Assembly (NCBI GenBank): GCA_044344255.1 | Contig: JBIJDH010000001.1 | Coordinates: 384,001 to 448,000, forward strand | Source of the DNA: Myxococcota bacterium | Lineage (GTDB): Bacteria; Myxococcota_A; UBA796; UBA2385 | DNA length: 64,000 bases | Direction: 5' to 3' | Part shown: one piece after another, positions 10,037 to 20,630 of the stretch | Position numbering within the stretch: position 1 is the first letter of the stretch | Layout of the letters: every line of letters begins with the position of its first letter | Notes under the pieces: generated by a model | What the model saw: only the letters and a program-made list of their open reading frames with translations | Databases searched by the model: none | What the model was told of the DNA's origin: nothing | Made by a program: the position numbers and the translations under genes

Positions 10037-11456
10037 AGGCGTCGGCGTCGCGGGCGTGCTGCTCGCCGAGGAGCCGGTCTCCGAGCTCATCCTCGAGGGC
10101 CGAGGCGTGGAGCAGCGTGCGACGGAGGCCGACCGGGTCTTGCACCCGCACCTGCCAGGCCACCGCGATGCGGTACCAGCGGGCGGCCTCTCCGATCTGC
10201 CCGCTGGCGGCGCCGATATCACCGAGGAGCCGCGCCGAGGCGCCCATCGCGCCGAGCTCTCCGATCGGGCGGTAGCCCTGCATGGCCTGGGTGGCCTCGG
10301 CGACCGCGAGGGGGTGCTGGCCCTGGCGGAGGTGCAGCTCGGCGCGGCGGTGGTGAATGCTCGCCCGGAGCACCGCGCTACCGGCGCCGCCGTCCTGCTC
10401 GACGGCCACCGCGGCCTCCCGCAGGCGCTCGGCGGCCTGGCCGAGCTCGCCGCGGGAGAGGGCGAGGGCGGCCTGGCCGAGGCGGAGCTGGGCCTGCTCG
10501 GTGCCGGACAGCGCGTAGCCCTCCGCCTGATCGTAGAGGGTCTCCGCGCTCAGGCTCTCCCCCGCCGCCACCGCCCGATCGGCGGCGGCCCGGAGGGTCG
10601 CGGCCACCCCGGTGGGCTCGAGCCCCTCGCGAAAGAGCGCGCGGGCCTCCCGATCGGCGCCGTGGGCGGCCCGGGCGCGCCCGGCCAGCGCGAGGCGGTG
10701 CGCGCGCCGGTGGTGGAGGCGGGCGAGCAGGGCGAGGGAGCCCGCCTCCCGGAGCCGGTCGGCGGCGAAGCCATAGTGCAGCTCCCCCGAGTCGACCTCT
10801 CCGTGCAGCAGCAGGGCGTCGGCCTCCGCCCAGGAGAGCAGCCCCTGGGCCTCGGCGCTGGCCCCCGGGTTGCGCCGACGGGCGGCCTCGAGGAGGGCGC
10901 GGCTGACGTCGAGCTGCCCCCAGGCCGCGAAGAGGCGGGCGGCGGCGGCGCTGGCCTCGCAGGCGCGGTCGGGATCGGTCACGAGCTCACCGAGGGCCCG
11001 TAGATCGACCGCGCTCTCCCAGCGCAGGCCGGCCGGGATCGCGGCGCCGCGCGCGAGGTGGAGCAGCGCCCAGGGGGGATCGACGTCCGGGCCCGGGCTC
11101 GGCTCGCCGGGGACCGCGACGGGGCCGAGCACGAACACGCCCTCCTCCTCGAGGGGGTTCACCGGCCCCTGCCCCACCCAGCGCAGCGAGGGGGCGAGGC
11201 TGCGGAGCTGGAGCCAGAGCTCACGGAGCCCGAGGCAGGCCCCACCCTCCAGGACCACGACCACCGGCCCCATCGCCCGCAGCGCCGCGCCGACCGCCTG
11301 CTCGTCCCCCGCGGGGGTGGCGTCGGTGGCCTGGCCGAGGGCGAGGGTGAGGTCACGGCTGGTGCGACAGGCCCGCACCGGGAGCAGCAGCACGCGGGCG
11401 CCGGTGGCCTCCTCGACCCGCGCCCGCAGCCCCGCGCCGCCGCTCGCCGAGAGCAC
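10017..11456 (-). CDS. TPR-like helical repeat protein, possible degenerate N-terminal NTPase remnant
   Basis: Repeated MalT-type TPR-like helices in C-terminal 2/3; VVVVLEG Walker-B-like strand. Start uncertain. Confidence 0.6.
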   Translation of the reverse strand: MLSASGGAGLRARVEEATGARVLLLPVRACRTSRDLTLALGQATDATPAGDEQAVGAALRAMGPVVVVLEGGACLGLRELWLQLRSLAPSLRWVGQGPVNPLEEEGVFVLGPVAVPGEPSPGPDVDPPWALLHLARGAAIPAGLRWESAVDLRALGELVTDPDRACEASAAAARLFAAWGQLDVSRALLEAARRRNPGASAEAQGLLSWAEADALLLHGEVDSGELHYGFAADRLREAGSLALLARLHHRRAHRLALAGRARAAHGADREARALFREGLEPTGVAATLRAAADRAVAAGESLSAETLYDQAEGYALSGTEQAQLRLGQAALALSRGELGQAAERLREAAVAVEQDGGAGSAVLRASIHHRRAELHLRQGQHPLAVAEATQAMQGYRPIGELGAMGASARLLGDIGAASGQIGEAARWYRIAVAWQVRVQDPVGLRRTLLHASALEDELGDRLLGEQHARDADAFNPEEG

Positions 11457-11591
11457 CCAGGCGCTCTGCCCCTCCTCGGCGAGGGCCCCGCGCAGGGCCT
11501 CGGTGTCGGCGGGGGCCCACGGCGGCGCGCGCGGCGCCGGGGGGGCCGGCGACCGCGGGGACAGGGGGCTCGCGGGGTCCTCTCGCGTGGC

Positions 11592-12329
11592 TCAGCCCAC
11601 CCGGACCCAGGCCGCCACCGTGAGCTCTCCGAACCAGGCCTGACCGAGCGTGTCGCGCTCTGCCTGCAGCCGCGCGGCGAGGGTGTCGATCTCGATCTCC
11701 TCCGCAGAGAAACCGGCCCCGATCAGCCGCGGCAGCACGAAGCGGACGCGGTCGACCAGGCAGTCGGGCTGGCCCGGCGAGGCGACGTCGGCCTCGGCGC
11801 GCATCACCGGCATCGGGAGCCCCGCGTCGCCGAAGACCCGGGGGAGCTCCCGCCCGAGCTGCGAGGAGGCGCGCTCCGCGGCCAGCATCCCGACCATCCA
11901 CGCCCGCACCCGGTCGTGGAGCGGCAGGCCCGTGGGCGTGTCGAAGAGGATGAATTCCTGGATGAAGACCAGCCCACCGGGCCGGACGAGCGCCGCGAGG
12001 CGCCGGAGGGCGGCGGCGGGATCGGGCAGGTACATCAGCACCCGCCGCCCGAGGATGGCGTCGAAGGTGCCGAGGCCCGCGGGCAGCGGCAGGGAGAGGT
12101 CAACGGTGAGGAAGGTCGCGTCGCGCCCGGCGTGCTGCGCGCGGGCCTGGGCGAGGTAGCCCTCATCGCGGTCGAGGCCGACGAGGCTGCCGCTCGGGCC
12201 CGTCTGGGCGAAGGCGAGGCGCGCGAGGTTGCCCGGCCCGCAGCCGAAGTCGAGCACCCGCGCCCCGACGCCGAGCCCGGCCTCCCCGAGCCAGCGCAGC
12301 GTGAGGGCCTGACCTTCTTCGTATGTCAC
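11592..12329 (-). CDS. Class I SAM-dependent methyltransferase
   Basis: RVLDFGCGPG, LVGLDRD, FDAILGRRVLMYLPDP, LVRPGG. Confidence 0.9.
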   Translation of the reverse strand: MTYEEGQALTLRWLGEAGLGVGARVLDFGCGPGNLARLAFAQTGPSGSLVGLDRDEGYLAQARAQHAGRDATFLTVDLSLPLPAGLGTFDAILGRRVLMYLPDPAAALRRLAALVRPGGLVFIQEFILFDTPTGLPLHDRVRAWMVGMLAAERASSQLGRELPRVFGDAGLPMPVMRAEADVASPGQPDCLVDRVRFVLPRLIGAGFSAEEIEIDTLAARLQAERDTLGQAWFGELTVAAWVRVG

Positions 12330-12469
12330 CGGCTGACCTCGCAGATCCAGCGGACTAACCCGCGCCGCCCCACCCCGAGACGCGCCAACGCCTGACACCG
12401 GCCAGCCCATCGCGGATCGCGGCGGGCGCGGGCGTCGGTTAAGGGCCCGCCCCCGCTCGGAGGCAGCCC

Positions 12470-13345
12470 ATGTCGTCGGTCCACAGCGCAGCTTCAATCC
12501 AGACCATCGGCGTCATCGGCGCCGGCCAGATGGGCAACGGCATCGCCCACGTGGCCGCCCAGGCCGGCTACACCGTCCACCTGATGGACGTCTCCGAGGC
12601 CGCCGCCGCCAAGGGCAAGGCCACGATCGCCGGTAACCTCGGCCGCCAGGTGAAGAAGGGCACGCTCAGTCAGGAGGAGGCCGACGCCGTCCTCGCCCGC
12701 GTCCACCTCGGCACCACCCTCGAGCACGTCGCAGGGGCCGAGCTCATCATCGAGGCCGCCACCGAGAACGTGAACCTCAAGTACAAGATCTTCGAAGACT
12801 TGAGCCGCGTCGCCAACCCGGGCGCCATCTTCGCGACCAACACCTCGAGCATCTCGATCACGGCGATCGCCGCCCACACCGACCGCCCCGCCCGCTTCAT
12901 GGGCATGCACTTCATGAACCCCGTGCCGGTCATGAAGCTGGTCGAGCTCATCCGCGGCCTCGCCACCGACGACGACACCTACGCCCTCGTGCAGGCCGTC
13001 TCCGAGAAGATGGGCAAGACCACGGTGCTCGGGCGCGACATGCCGGGCTTCATCGTCAACCGCGTGCTGATGCCCTACATCAACGAGGCCGTGCAGGCGC
13101 TCTACGAGGGCATCGCCTCGGTGCCCGACATCGACCAGGCCATGAAGCTCGGCACCAACGTGCCGATGGGCCCGCTCACCCTCGCTGACTTCATCGGCCT
13201 CGACACCTGCCTCGCCATCATGAACGTGCTCCACGAGGGCCTCGGCGACTCCAAGTATCGGCCCTCCCCCCTGCTCCGGAAGTACGTCGAAGCCGGCTGG
13301 CTCGGCAAGAAGTCGGGCCGCGGCTTCTACACCTACGGCGCCTGA
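12470..13345 (+). CDS. hbd: 3-hydroxybutyryl-CoA dehydrogenase
   Basis: GVIGAGQMGNGIA, FATNTSSISIT, GMHFMNPVPVM, PGFIVNR, PMGPL, GKKSGRGFY. Confidence 0.96.
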   Translation: MSSVHSAASIQTIGVIGAGQMGNGIAHVAAQAGYTVHLMDVSEAAAAKGKATIAGNLGRQVKKGTLSQEEADAVLARVHLGTTLEHVAGAELIIEAATENVNLKYKIFEDLSRVANPGAIFATNTSSISITAIAAHTDRPARFMGMHFMNPVPVMKLVELIRGLATDDDTYALVQAVSEKMGKTTVLGRDMPGFIVNRVLMPYINEAVQALYEGIASVPDIDQAMKLGTNVPMGPLTLADFIGLDTCLAIMNVLHEGLGDSKYRPSPLLRKYVEAGWLGKKSGRGFYTYGA

Positions 13346-13382
13346 TCACCCGGTCGGGGAGCGCGGCTCCCGGGGAATTCCC

Positions 13383-14162
13383 ATGTCCGAGAGCACCATC
13401 CTCTTCGAGAACCGTGACGGCGTCGGCCTCATCACGCTCAACCGCCCGAGCGCGCTGAACGCGCTGAACAGCACGCTGGTGGCCGAGCTCGACGCCCTCC
13501 TGGACCGCCTCGGCCGCGACGGCGGGATCCAGGCGCTCGTGCTCACCGGCGCCGGTAACCGCGCCTTCGCGGCCGGCGCCGACATCTCCGAGATGAGCGG
13601 CTACTCGGCGATCCAGGCCGAGACCTTCGCCCGGCGCGGCCAGCGGAGCCTCGGGCGGCTCGAGGCCCTCCCCTTCCCCACGATCGCCGCCGTCAACGGC
13701 TTCGCGCTCGGGGGCGGCTGCGAGCTCGCCCTCTGCTGTGACCTCATCCTCGCCGGCGCCAACGCGGTCTTCGGGCAGCCCGAGGTCAACCTCGGCGTCA
13801 TCCCCGGCTTCGGGGGCACCCAGCGCCTCCTCCGCCGGGTCGGTCGCCAGCGGGCCCTCGAGCTCATGATGACCGGCCGCAACGTCAAGGCCGAAGAGGC
13901 CGTCCGCCTCGGCCTCGCCCTCGAGGTGATCGAGGAGGACGTTGTCAGCGCCGCCCTCAAGCTCGCCGCCCGCATCGCCGCCAAGGGCCCCACGGCCGTG
14001 CGCCTCGTCAAGCGGGCCGTCCACGAGACCGACCGCCTCGACCTCGAGAGCGGGCTCGCCGCCGAGGCCTCCCTCTTCGGGCTCTGCTTCACCACCGACG
14101 ATCAGAAGGAGGGCATGACCGCCTTCCTGGCCAAGCGCGCCCCGAAATTCACCGGCCGCTGA
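13383..14162 (+). CDS. crt: Enoyl-CoA hydratase (crotonase)
   Basis: [47 protein letters not shown]. Confidence 0.95.
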   Translation: MSESTILFENRDGVGLITLNRPSALNALNSTLVAELDALLDRLGRDGGIQALVLTGAGNRAFAAGADISEMSGYSAIQAETFARRGQRSLGRLEALPFPTIAAVNGFALGGGCELALCCDLILAGANAVFGQPEVNLGVIPGFGGTQRLLRRVGRQRALELMMTGRNVKAEEAVRLGLALEVIEEDVVSAALKLAARIAAKGPTAVRLVKRAVHETDRLDLESGLAAEASLFGLCFTTDDQKEGMTAFLAKRAPKFTGR

Positions 14163-14178
14163 GCCGCCCGCGCCCTCG

Positions 14179-14211
14179 CCTGCCCCCGAACCTGCACCCG
14201 AACCTGCACCC
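14179..14211. repeat. 12-bp tandem repeat CCTGCACCCGAA, ~2.75 copies, intergenic
   Basis: cctgcccccgaa cctgcacccgaa cctgcaccc. Confidence 0.75.
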
Positions 14212-14251
14212 CCGTCCTGTGTCCTCCGCCCTGCGCGCCATGGAGCCCGCC

Positions 14252-15391
14252 ATGTTCGAACTCCCCGAAGATGTCCAGGAGATCCGCAAGCTCGCCCGCG
14301 AATTCGCCCGCGGAGAGGTGCTCCCCGGCGCGACCGAGCGCGACCGCAGCCACCGCTTCCCGGCGGAGCTCGTCCAACAGCTCGGCGACATGGGCTTCAT
14401 GGGCATGTTCGTGCCCGAGCAGTACGGCGGGGCCGGCCTCTCGATCCTGTCCTACGTCGTGGCCCTGGAGGAGATCTGCTACGCCGACGCCGGCGTGGGC
14501 GTGATCATGAGCGTGAACAACTCGCTCGTGAGCTGGCCGATCTTGAATTTCGGCACCGAAGCCCAAAAGCAGAAGTACCTGATACCCCTGGCGAGCGGCC
14601 AGAAGCTCGGCTGTTACGCCCTCACCGAGCCGAACGCCGGATCGGACGCTGGCGCGCAGCGCACCAAGGCCGTCAAGAACGAAGACGGCAGCTACGCGCT
14701 CACCGGCACGAAGATGTGGATCACCAACGGTCCCCAGGCCGACTACGCGGTGGCCTACGCGAACCTCGACCCCGACCAGCGCCACCGCACGGTCTGCGCC
14801 TTCATCCTCGAGAACACCTGGCCCGGCTACGCGGTCGGCAAGGTGGAGGAGAAGATGGGCATCCACTGCTCGGGCACCTCCGAGCTCGTCTTCGACAACC
14901 TGAACGTGCCGGCCGAGAACCTGCTCCACACCGAGCGGGATGGCTTCAAGGTGGCGATGGCCACCCTCGACGGCGGGCGCATCGGCATCGCCGCCCAGGC
15001 CCTCGGCATCGCCCAGCGCGCCCTCGACCTCGCCGTCAACCACGCCCGCACCCGCGTGGCCTTCGGCAAGCCGATCAGCGACAAGCAGGCGATCCAGTGG
15101 ATGATCGCCGACATGACCACCCGGATCGAGGCCGCCCGCCTGCTCACCTGGAAGGCGGCCTGGCTGAAGGACCAAGGCGATCGCGGCAGCCGGGCCTGCT
15201 CGATGGCCAAGCTCTACGCCTCGGAGACCGCCAACTTCTGCGCCGACAAGGCCCTGCAGATCCACGGCGGCTACGGCTACAGCCAGGAGTACGAGGTGGA
15301 GCGGCTCTACCGCGACGCGCGCATCACCACGCTCTACGAGGGCACCAGCGAGATCCAGCGCATTGTGATCTCCAAAGACGTGCTCGGGTGA
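14252..15391 (+). CDS. Short-chain acyl-CoA dehydrogenase
   Basis: [53 protein letters not shown] upstream of ATG 14252. Confidence 0.95.
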   Translation: MFELPEDVQEIRKLAREFARGEVLPGATERDRSHRFPAELVQQLGDMGFMGMFVPEQYGGAGLSILSYVVALEEICYADAGVGVIMSVNNSLVSWPILNFGTEAQKQKYLIPLASGQKLGCYALTEPNAGSDAGAQRTKAVKNEDGSYALTGTKMWITNGPQADYAVAYANLDPDQRHRTVCAFILENTWPGYAVGKVEEKMGIHCSGTSELVFDNLNVPAENLLHTERDGFKVAMATLDGGRIGIAAQALGIAQRALDLAVNHARTRVAFGKPISDKQAIQWMIADMTTRIEAARLLTWKAAWLKDQGDRGSRACSMAKLYASETANFCADKALQIHGGYGYSQEYEVERLYRDARITTLYEGTSEIQRIVISKDVLG

Positions 15392-15789
15392 GCGCGCCCC
15401 CCATCCGGGTGCTCGTGGCCAAGCCGGGCCTCGACGGCCACGATCGGGGGGCCAAGGTGGTAGCGCGCGGCCTCCGCGACGCGGGCATGGAGGTGGTCTA
15501 CACCGGCCTCCACCAGTCCCCCGACGAGATCGCCGAGGCCGCCCTCCAGGAGGACGTCGCCGTGGTCGGCCTCTCCATCCTCTCGGGGGCGCACAACGCG
15601 CTCGTGCCGCGGATCGTCACCGCGCTCCGCACCCGGGGCCTCGATGACGTGCTCGTGCTGGTGGGGGGCATCATCCCCGCCGCCGACGCCGCCGACCTGC
15701 GGGAGGCCGGCGTCGCCGCCGTCTTCCCGCCGGGGAGCAAGATCAGCGAGATGGTGGAATTCATCCGAGAGAGAGCCCCCTCTCGATGA
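15388..15789 (+). CDS. Cobalamin-binding small subunit of an acyl-CoA mutase
   Basis: GTG overlapping upstream [16 protein letters not shown] (DxHxxG), [14 protein letters not shown]. Confidence 0.93.
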   Translation: MSAPPIRVLVAKPGLDGHDRGAKVVARGLRDAGMEVVYTGLHQSPDEIAEAALQEDVAVVGLSILSGAHNALVPRIVTALRTRGLDDVLVLVGGIIPAADAADLREAGVAAVFPPGSKISEMVEFIRERAPSR

Positions 15790-15870
15790 TCACCCGTCTC
15801 GGGCTCGCGGGGCCCTGTTGATAAAGTGGCCCCGCGATCCTACGCTGTCCCTTCGCCGCCGGAAGCCTTG

Positions 15871-16548
15871 ATGGACGAGGTCGGGAAGCAGGATCAGGGT
15901 TCACCGTCACCCGAGGGATCAACGCCCTCGGGTCCTCGGCGTTCAAAGCGCAAGAAACCAGAGCCCGCCTTCATCTCGGGCACGAGCGCCGAGTTCCTGG
16001 GCCGCAAGCCGCTGCCGCGCGCGGTGCGCAGCCGGCCCGTCCTGCTCATCCTCGGGCCCGGGGGCGTCGGCAAGACGACCGTGGCCGAGCGCCTCCTCGG
16101 CGAGGGCACCCTCAGCCTGAGCGACAAGGAGCTGCTCGAGCGCATCGCGAACCGCGTGCGCACCCGCCGGTGGGATCCCGAGCTGCTCGAGAGCGCCGCC
16201 CTCATCCTAGAGGGCCCCTGCTTCCTCGACCAGCGCCCCGGCCTCGCGCAGACGTTGGCCACCCTGCTCAAGGCCCGCATCGAGGCCGGGCGCCGCACCG
16301 TGCTGATCGAGGCCCCAGACGGGAGCCTCCTCCGCGGCCTCACCGACAAGGTCGACCCCGACGACCGCGCCACGATCCTGCTCCGCTTCCCCGAGGGTCG
16401 CGGGCGCCGCCGCTTCGCCCTGCTGGTCTGCGAAGAGCTCTCTCTCCCCGCCGAGCTCGCCCGGGCCGTCGTCGAGATCGAACCCTGGACCTACGCCACC
16501 GCCCGCGCCCTCCTGCTCGAGAGCGTCGGGGGGGCCAGGCGACCATGA
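15871..16548 (+). CDS. P-loop protein resembling a DnaA/Hda/IstB-type AAA+ domain
   Basis: GPGGVGKTT; LILEGPCFL in Walker B position; ATGA overlap with next gene. Confidence 0.6.
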   Translation: MDEVGKQDQGSPSPEGSTPSGPRRSKRKKPEPAFISGTSAEFLGRKPLPRAVRSRPVLLILGPGGVGKTTVAERLLGEGTLSLSDKELLERIANRVRTRRWDPELLESAALILEGPCFLDQRPGLAQTLATLLKARIEAGRRTVLIEAPDGSLLRGLTDKVDPDDRATILLRFPEGRGRRRFALLVCEELSLPAELARAVVEIEPWTYATARALLLESVGGARRP

Positions 16549-17834
16549 GGGCTACCCTGCCCATCTTCTCGGCCTTGATCTCCCTCCTCTTCACCGCCTG
16601 TGATCCCGGCGGCGCGGCGAGCATGCCCACGGCCACGCTGGCCAGCGGCCCCTTCGAGGTGCGGCTGCCGATCCCGGGAGAGCTCGAGGCCGAGGAGTCG
16701 GTGACCATCACCGCCCCCGACATCGGCGGGAACATCAAGGTCACGATGATCGTGGACGAGGGTGTGCGTGTGGCCGAGGGCGACGTGCTCGCAGAGCTCG
16801 ACCGCACCGAGATCATCCAAGGGGTGCTCGAGAACGACAACGCGCTCGAGGTGGCCACCACGAAGATCACCCAGCAAAAGGCCCAGCTCGAGGTGAAGCT
16901 GCGCAACCAGGAGGACGCCGTCACCACCGCCGAGCTGGCCCTCCAGCGGGCCAACCTCCGCATCACGGACTCGGAGGCGGTGCCCAAGGTCGATCGCGAG
17001 GGGGCCCGGCTCGACGTGGCCGACGCCACCGTCTCGCTCGAGCGCGCCAAGAAGGACCTCCAGAGCGCCCGACTCGAAGGCGAGGCTGACCTCCAGCTCC
17101 TCGAGCTCGACGCCCGCCAGGCCCGCATCCAGGTCGACTCCGCCAAGCGGAAGCTCGACCTCGCCACCGTGCGCTCCCCCGCCGCCGGCCTCGTCGTGAA
17201 GGCCGAGGTCTGGAAGGGCGGCTCGCGCGGCCCGGTGGTGGCCGGCGACTCGATCTGGGGCGGCACCACCCTGCTCGCGCTGCCGAACCTCGGCACGATG
17301 CAGGCGGTGGCCTGGGTGCACGAGACCGACGCCGAGCTCGTGAAGGTGGAGCAGGAGGCGAGGATCATCCTTGACTCCCACCCCGACCACCCCTACGCCG
17401 CCAAGGTCAAGAAGGTGGCCGACCTCGCCGTGAAACGCGACCGGGACGACAAGTCGAAGTACCTCAAGGTCACGCTCGGAATCGAACCCAAGGACGAGCT
17501 CCTCAAGCCCGGGATGACGATCCGGGCCGAGATCCTGGTCGACCACCAGGCGGAGGTGCTCACCGTCCCCCAAGAGGCCGTCTTCTATGACGGGGTGACG
17601 CCGACGGTCTATCGCCGGGCGGCCGTGGGCTGGGACCGCGTCACCGTCACCCTCGGCCGCGCCAATGACACCCACGTGGTGGTCACCAGCGGCCTGTCCT
17701 CGGGGGACGTGGTCTCGCTGGTCGATCCCGACCGCTGGTCGCGCGGAGAGGGGGAGCCCGCCGCCAAGACCGCGGCCGCCGAGGCCCCCTCCGCCGCGCC
17801 CGCCGCCGCCCCGAGCGCGGGCACGAGCCCGTGA
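16545..17834 (+). CDS. Efflux periplasmic adaptor (MacA/HlyD-like) lipoprotein
   Basis: ATG 16545, LLFTAC lipobox; VDEGVRVAEGDVLAELD, VRSPAAGLV, LKPGMT, LTVPQEAV, SGLSSGD. Confidence 0.92.
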   Translation: MRATLPIFSALISLLFTACDPGGAASMPTATLASGPFEVRLPIPGELEAEESVTITAPDIGGNIKVTMIVDEGVRVAEGDVLAELDRTEIIQGVLENDNALEVATTKITQQKAQLEVKLRNQEDAVTTAELALQRANLRITDSEAVPKVDREGARLDVADATVSLERAKKDLQSARLEGEADLQLLELDARQARIQVDSAKRKLDLATVRSPAAGLVVKAEVWKGGSRGPVVAGDSIWGGTTLLALPNLGTMQAVAWVHETDAELVKVEQEARIILDSHPDHPYAAKVKKVADLAVKRDRDDKSKYLKVTLGIEPKDELLKPGMTIRAEILVDHQAEVLTVPQEAVFYDGVTPTVYRRAAVGWDRVTVTLGRANDTHVVVTSGLSSGDVVSLVDPDRWSRGEGEPAAKTAAAEAPSAAPAAAPSAGTSP

Positions 17835-19075
17835 TCGACGTGATCGTCGAGGGCCTGGACAGCCTCTGGGCCCGGCGCGGACGCACCCTGCTCTCGACCC
17901 TCGGCATCGTCTTCGGCGTGGCCGCGGTCATCGCCATGATGGCGATCGGCGAGGGGGCCCGCCGCGAGGCCGAGGCCCTCATCGATCAGCTCGGCATCCT
18001 GAACGTCCAGATCCGCGCCAAGGACTTCGAGAAGGACCCCAAGCGCTGGGAGGAGGTGGCCCGGAAGTCCCGCGGCCTGTCCGAGCGCGACGTCGCCGCC
18101 CTGCGCGACGTGCTGCCCGGCGTCACCCACGTCGGCGGGATGCGGATCATCACCGCCCGCGAGACCGTCCCCAAGCTGGAGAACCTGTCCGACATCCGGA
18201 TCATCGGGGCCGAGCCCGACTACATCGCGGCGCTCAACCTCCAGCGCATCGAGGGCCGGGCGCTGGGCCCCGAAGACGAGGCTGGGGCGCGCGCCGTCTG
18301 CCTCCTCGGCCAGTCGGCCCGCCTCCGCCTCTTCGGCAACAGCCCGGCGGTGGGGCAGCGGATCCGCGTGGACTACACCGTGCTCGTGGTGGTGGGCGTC
18401 TTCGGCGGCGCATCGGGGGAGCTCGGCGGCGCCGCGGTCCAGGGGCTCGAGCTCGAAGACCGCACCCGCGACGTCATCCTGCCGCTCGCCACCTCGCTCA
18501 AGCGCTTCCCTGTGACCCGCGACAAGCCCGACCTCAGCGAGGTGCTGCTCGGGGCCCCCAGCCGAGAGGAGGTGCCTGGGATGGCCGCGCTCGCCGGCCG
18601 CGTCATCGACCGCATGCACCACCAGCAGGCCGATGTCGAGGTCACCGTCCCCCTCCGCCTCCTTGAGCAGCACGAGGCCCAGCAGCGCATCTTCAACCTC
18701 GTGATGGGCCTCATCGCCGGCATCAGCCTGCTCGTGGGCGGCATCGGCATCATGAACATCACACTGGCGAGCGTGCTCGAGCGGACGCGGGAGATCGGGA
18801 TCCGAATGGCCGTGGGCGCGGCGCCGCGGGACATCCTCCTCCTCTTCCTCGCCGAGTCGGCGCTCATCTGCCTCGTGGGCGGCCTCGCCGGCATCGTGGT
18901 GGGCTTCGCCATCGCGGCGGGGGTGGGCTTCTTCACCGGCTGGTCCACCGCCGTGAGCCTGTGGTCGGTGCTGCTCGCGGTCGGCGTCTCCGTGGCCGAG
19001 GGCCTGCTCTTCGGCGCCCTGCCCGCCCGACAGGCGGCGATGTTGCCGCCCACCGAGGCCGTGCGCGCCGGGTAG
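17831..19075 (+). CDS. MacB/FtsX-type ABC permease
   Basis: RTLLSTLGIVFGVAAVIAM; SLLVGGIGIMNITLASVLERTREIGIRMAVGA; PARQAA. Confidence 0.95.
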   Translation: MIDVIVEGLDSLWARRGRTLLSTLGIVFGVAAVIAMMAIGEGARREAEALIDQLGILNVQIRAKDFEKDPKRWEEVARKSRGLSERDVAALRDVLPGVTHVGGMRIITARETVPKLENLSDIRIIGAEPDYIAALNLQRIEGRALGPEDEAGARAVCLLGQSARLRLFGNSPAVGQRIRVDYTVLVVVGVFGGASGELGGAAVQGLELEDRTRDVILPLATSLKRFPVTRDKPDLSEVLLGAPSREEVPGMAALAGRVIDRMHHQQADVEVTVPLRLLEQHEAQQRIFNLVMGLIAGISLLVGGIGIMNITLASVLERTREIGIRMAVGAAPRDILLLFLAESALICLVGGLAGIVVGFAIAAGVGFFTGWSTAVSLWSVLLAVGVSVAEGLLFGALPARQAAMLPPTEAVRAG

Positions 19076-19106
19076 GCGAGGGCCAGGCGGGGCCGCCCGC
19101 CCCGGA

Positions 19107-20597
19107 TCAGGGCTCCGCGCCCGCCACCCGTTGGAGCAGCACGCCCTGCACCCGCTCCAGCCGCAACATCGAGCGCTGGAGGTCAACCTCGGCCTGCAGT
19201 CGGGAGGCCTGGGCCTCATCGAGCGACTCGAGCGAGAGGATCACGTCCCGCGACGAGGTGCGCCCCTCGCGGAAGAGCTCCTGGTCCATCTCCAGGGCCT
19301 GCGTAGCGGCCTCGACGGTCTGACGGGCGAGCTCGACGCGGGAGCGGTCTCGCTGGAGCCCGCGCAGGGCCTCCCGCACCTCCACCTCGAGGTCTTGCAG
19401 CGCCGCCTCGTGGCCGATCCGCGCCTGCTCGACCGCGAGCTTCGCCTGTCGCGCGGAGTTCACCGGGGCCCGGCCAGGGATGGGGACGCTGAGCCCCAAC
19501 CCGACCGACCAGCCGGTGGACTGACCCGACAGGGCGTCCCGGCGGGCGGTGTCGGAGTCTGTCGAGAGGCCGGAGGAGTCGACCGAGCCAGAGACGGAGA
19601 GATCGGGCAGGGCCGCGTTCCGGGCCACGCGGAGCGCGTCCTCGACGGCCTCGATCTGGAGCGTGTCCTGGAGGATCCGGGTGTTCCCTCCGAGCGCGCG
19701 CTGGAGGGCCACGTCGAGGGGGACCTCCCCCTCGGGCACGACCGGTCGGTCGATGAGCGTCCAGTCCGGGCAGGCCGACACCGAGCGGCCGAGCAGCCGA
19801 CAGAGGCGGGTCTCGGCGTCCTCCTGGCTGGTCTCGGCGACGACCACGGCCTGCCGGGCCACACCGACGGCTCGCCGCACCTGGAGCAGGTCTCCGAGGG
19901 CCGCGAAGCCCTCGTGATACCGCTCCTCGGTCTCCCCTTGCTGGGCCTCCGCCACCTCCGCCGAGCGGCGCGCCAGGGACAGGGACTCTCGAGCCACGAG
20001 CAGCTCCCAATAAGCGTCCGACACGCTGATCAGGAGGTCCTCGGTGCGAGAGCGGAGGGCCAGCCGCTCGCCCCGCTCCTGGCGCCGGGCCTGGCGGAGA
20101 CCTGCGAGGGCGGGGCCGGGGCCGAGGCCATCGAGCAGGGGCTGGCTCACGGTGAGGCTGACGCCGTCGGACTGCAGCCGGGTGCTCGCAGCGCCGCCGC
20201 CGGTGTCCCGGGTCTCGGTCCAGGCGAGGCCCAGCTCACCGCCGGTGGGGAGCGGCTGCTGGAGGCCGGTCGACCAGCCGAAGCGGCCCGTCTCGTCGCG
20301 CAGCCCCTCCGCGGCGAGGGTGGTGGCGCTGCGGGAGACGTCGGCGCCGACGAAGAGCGAGGGCTCCCAGCCGCCGGCCGCCTCCGCCACGCCCGAGCGG
20401 GCCGATCGGAGGGCGAGGCGCTGCTGCGAGAGCTCGAGGTTGGCCTCCAACGCGAGCTCCCAGGCCCTCCCCACCGAGAGGAGCTCGGCGGCTGCGGCCG
20501 AGGTCAGGCTCGCCGAGGCCCCAGAGGCCGGCTCCGCGGCGTTGACGGGGGGCCCGAGCAGCAGGAGCCACATGATCCGATCCAAGTCAGGGCGCAT
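19107..20597 (-). CDS. TolC family outer-membrane protein
   Basis: ALEANLEL, LTVSQPLL, VSDAYWEL, LPDLSVSG, two OEP-like halves. Start may be 20573. Confidence 0.9.
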   Translation of the reverse strand: MRPDLDRIMWLLLLGPPVNAAEPASGASASLTSAAAAELLSVGRAWELALEANLELSQQRLALRSARSGVAEAAGGWEPSLFVGADVSRSATTLAAEGLRDETGRFGWSTGLQQPLPTGGELGLAWTETRDTGGGAASTRLQSDGVSLTVSQPLLDGLGPGPALAGLRQARRQERGERLALRSRTEDLLISVSDAYWELLVARESLSLARRSAEVAEAQQGETEERYHEGFAALGDLLQVRRAVGVARQAVVVAETSQEDAETRLCRLLGRSVSACPDWTLIDRPVVPEGEVPLDVALQRALGGNTRILQDTLQIEAVEDALRVARNAALPDLSVSGSVDSSGLSTDSDTARRDALSGQSTGWSVGLGLSVPIPGRAPVNSARQAKLAVEQARIGHEAALQDLEVEVREALRGLQRDRSRVELARQTVEAATQALEMDQELFREGRTSSRDVILSLESLDEAQASRLQAEVDLQRSMLRLERVQGVLLQRVAGAEP

Positions 20598-20630
20598 CCC
20601 CTATCCGCCCGACGCGCTAGGAGGAGGGCC

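Noticed and set aside
11592..11594. Selenocysteine or readthrough fusion of methyltransferase and TPR gene (in-frame TGA)
   Set aside because: The methyltransferase is complete at this stop, the following codons are low-complexity, and no SECIS-like hairpin was identified.
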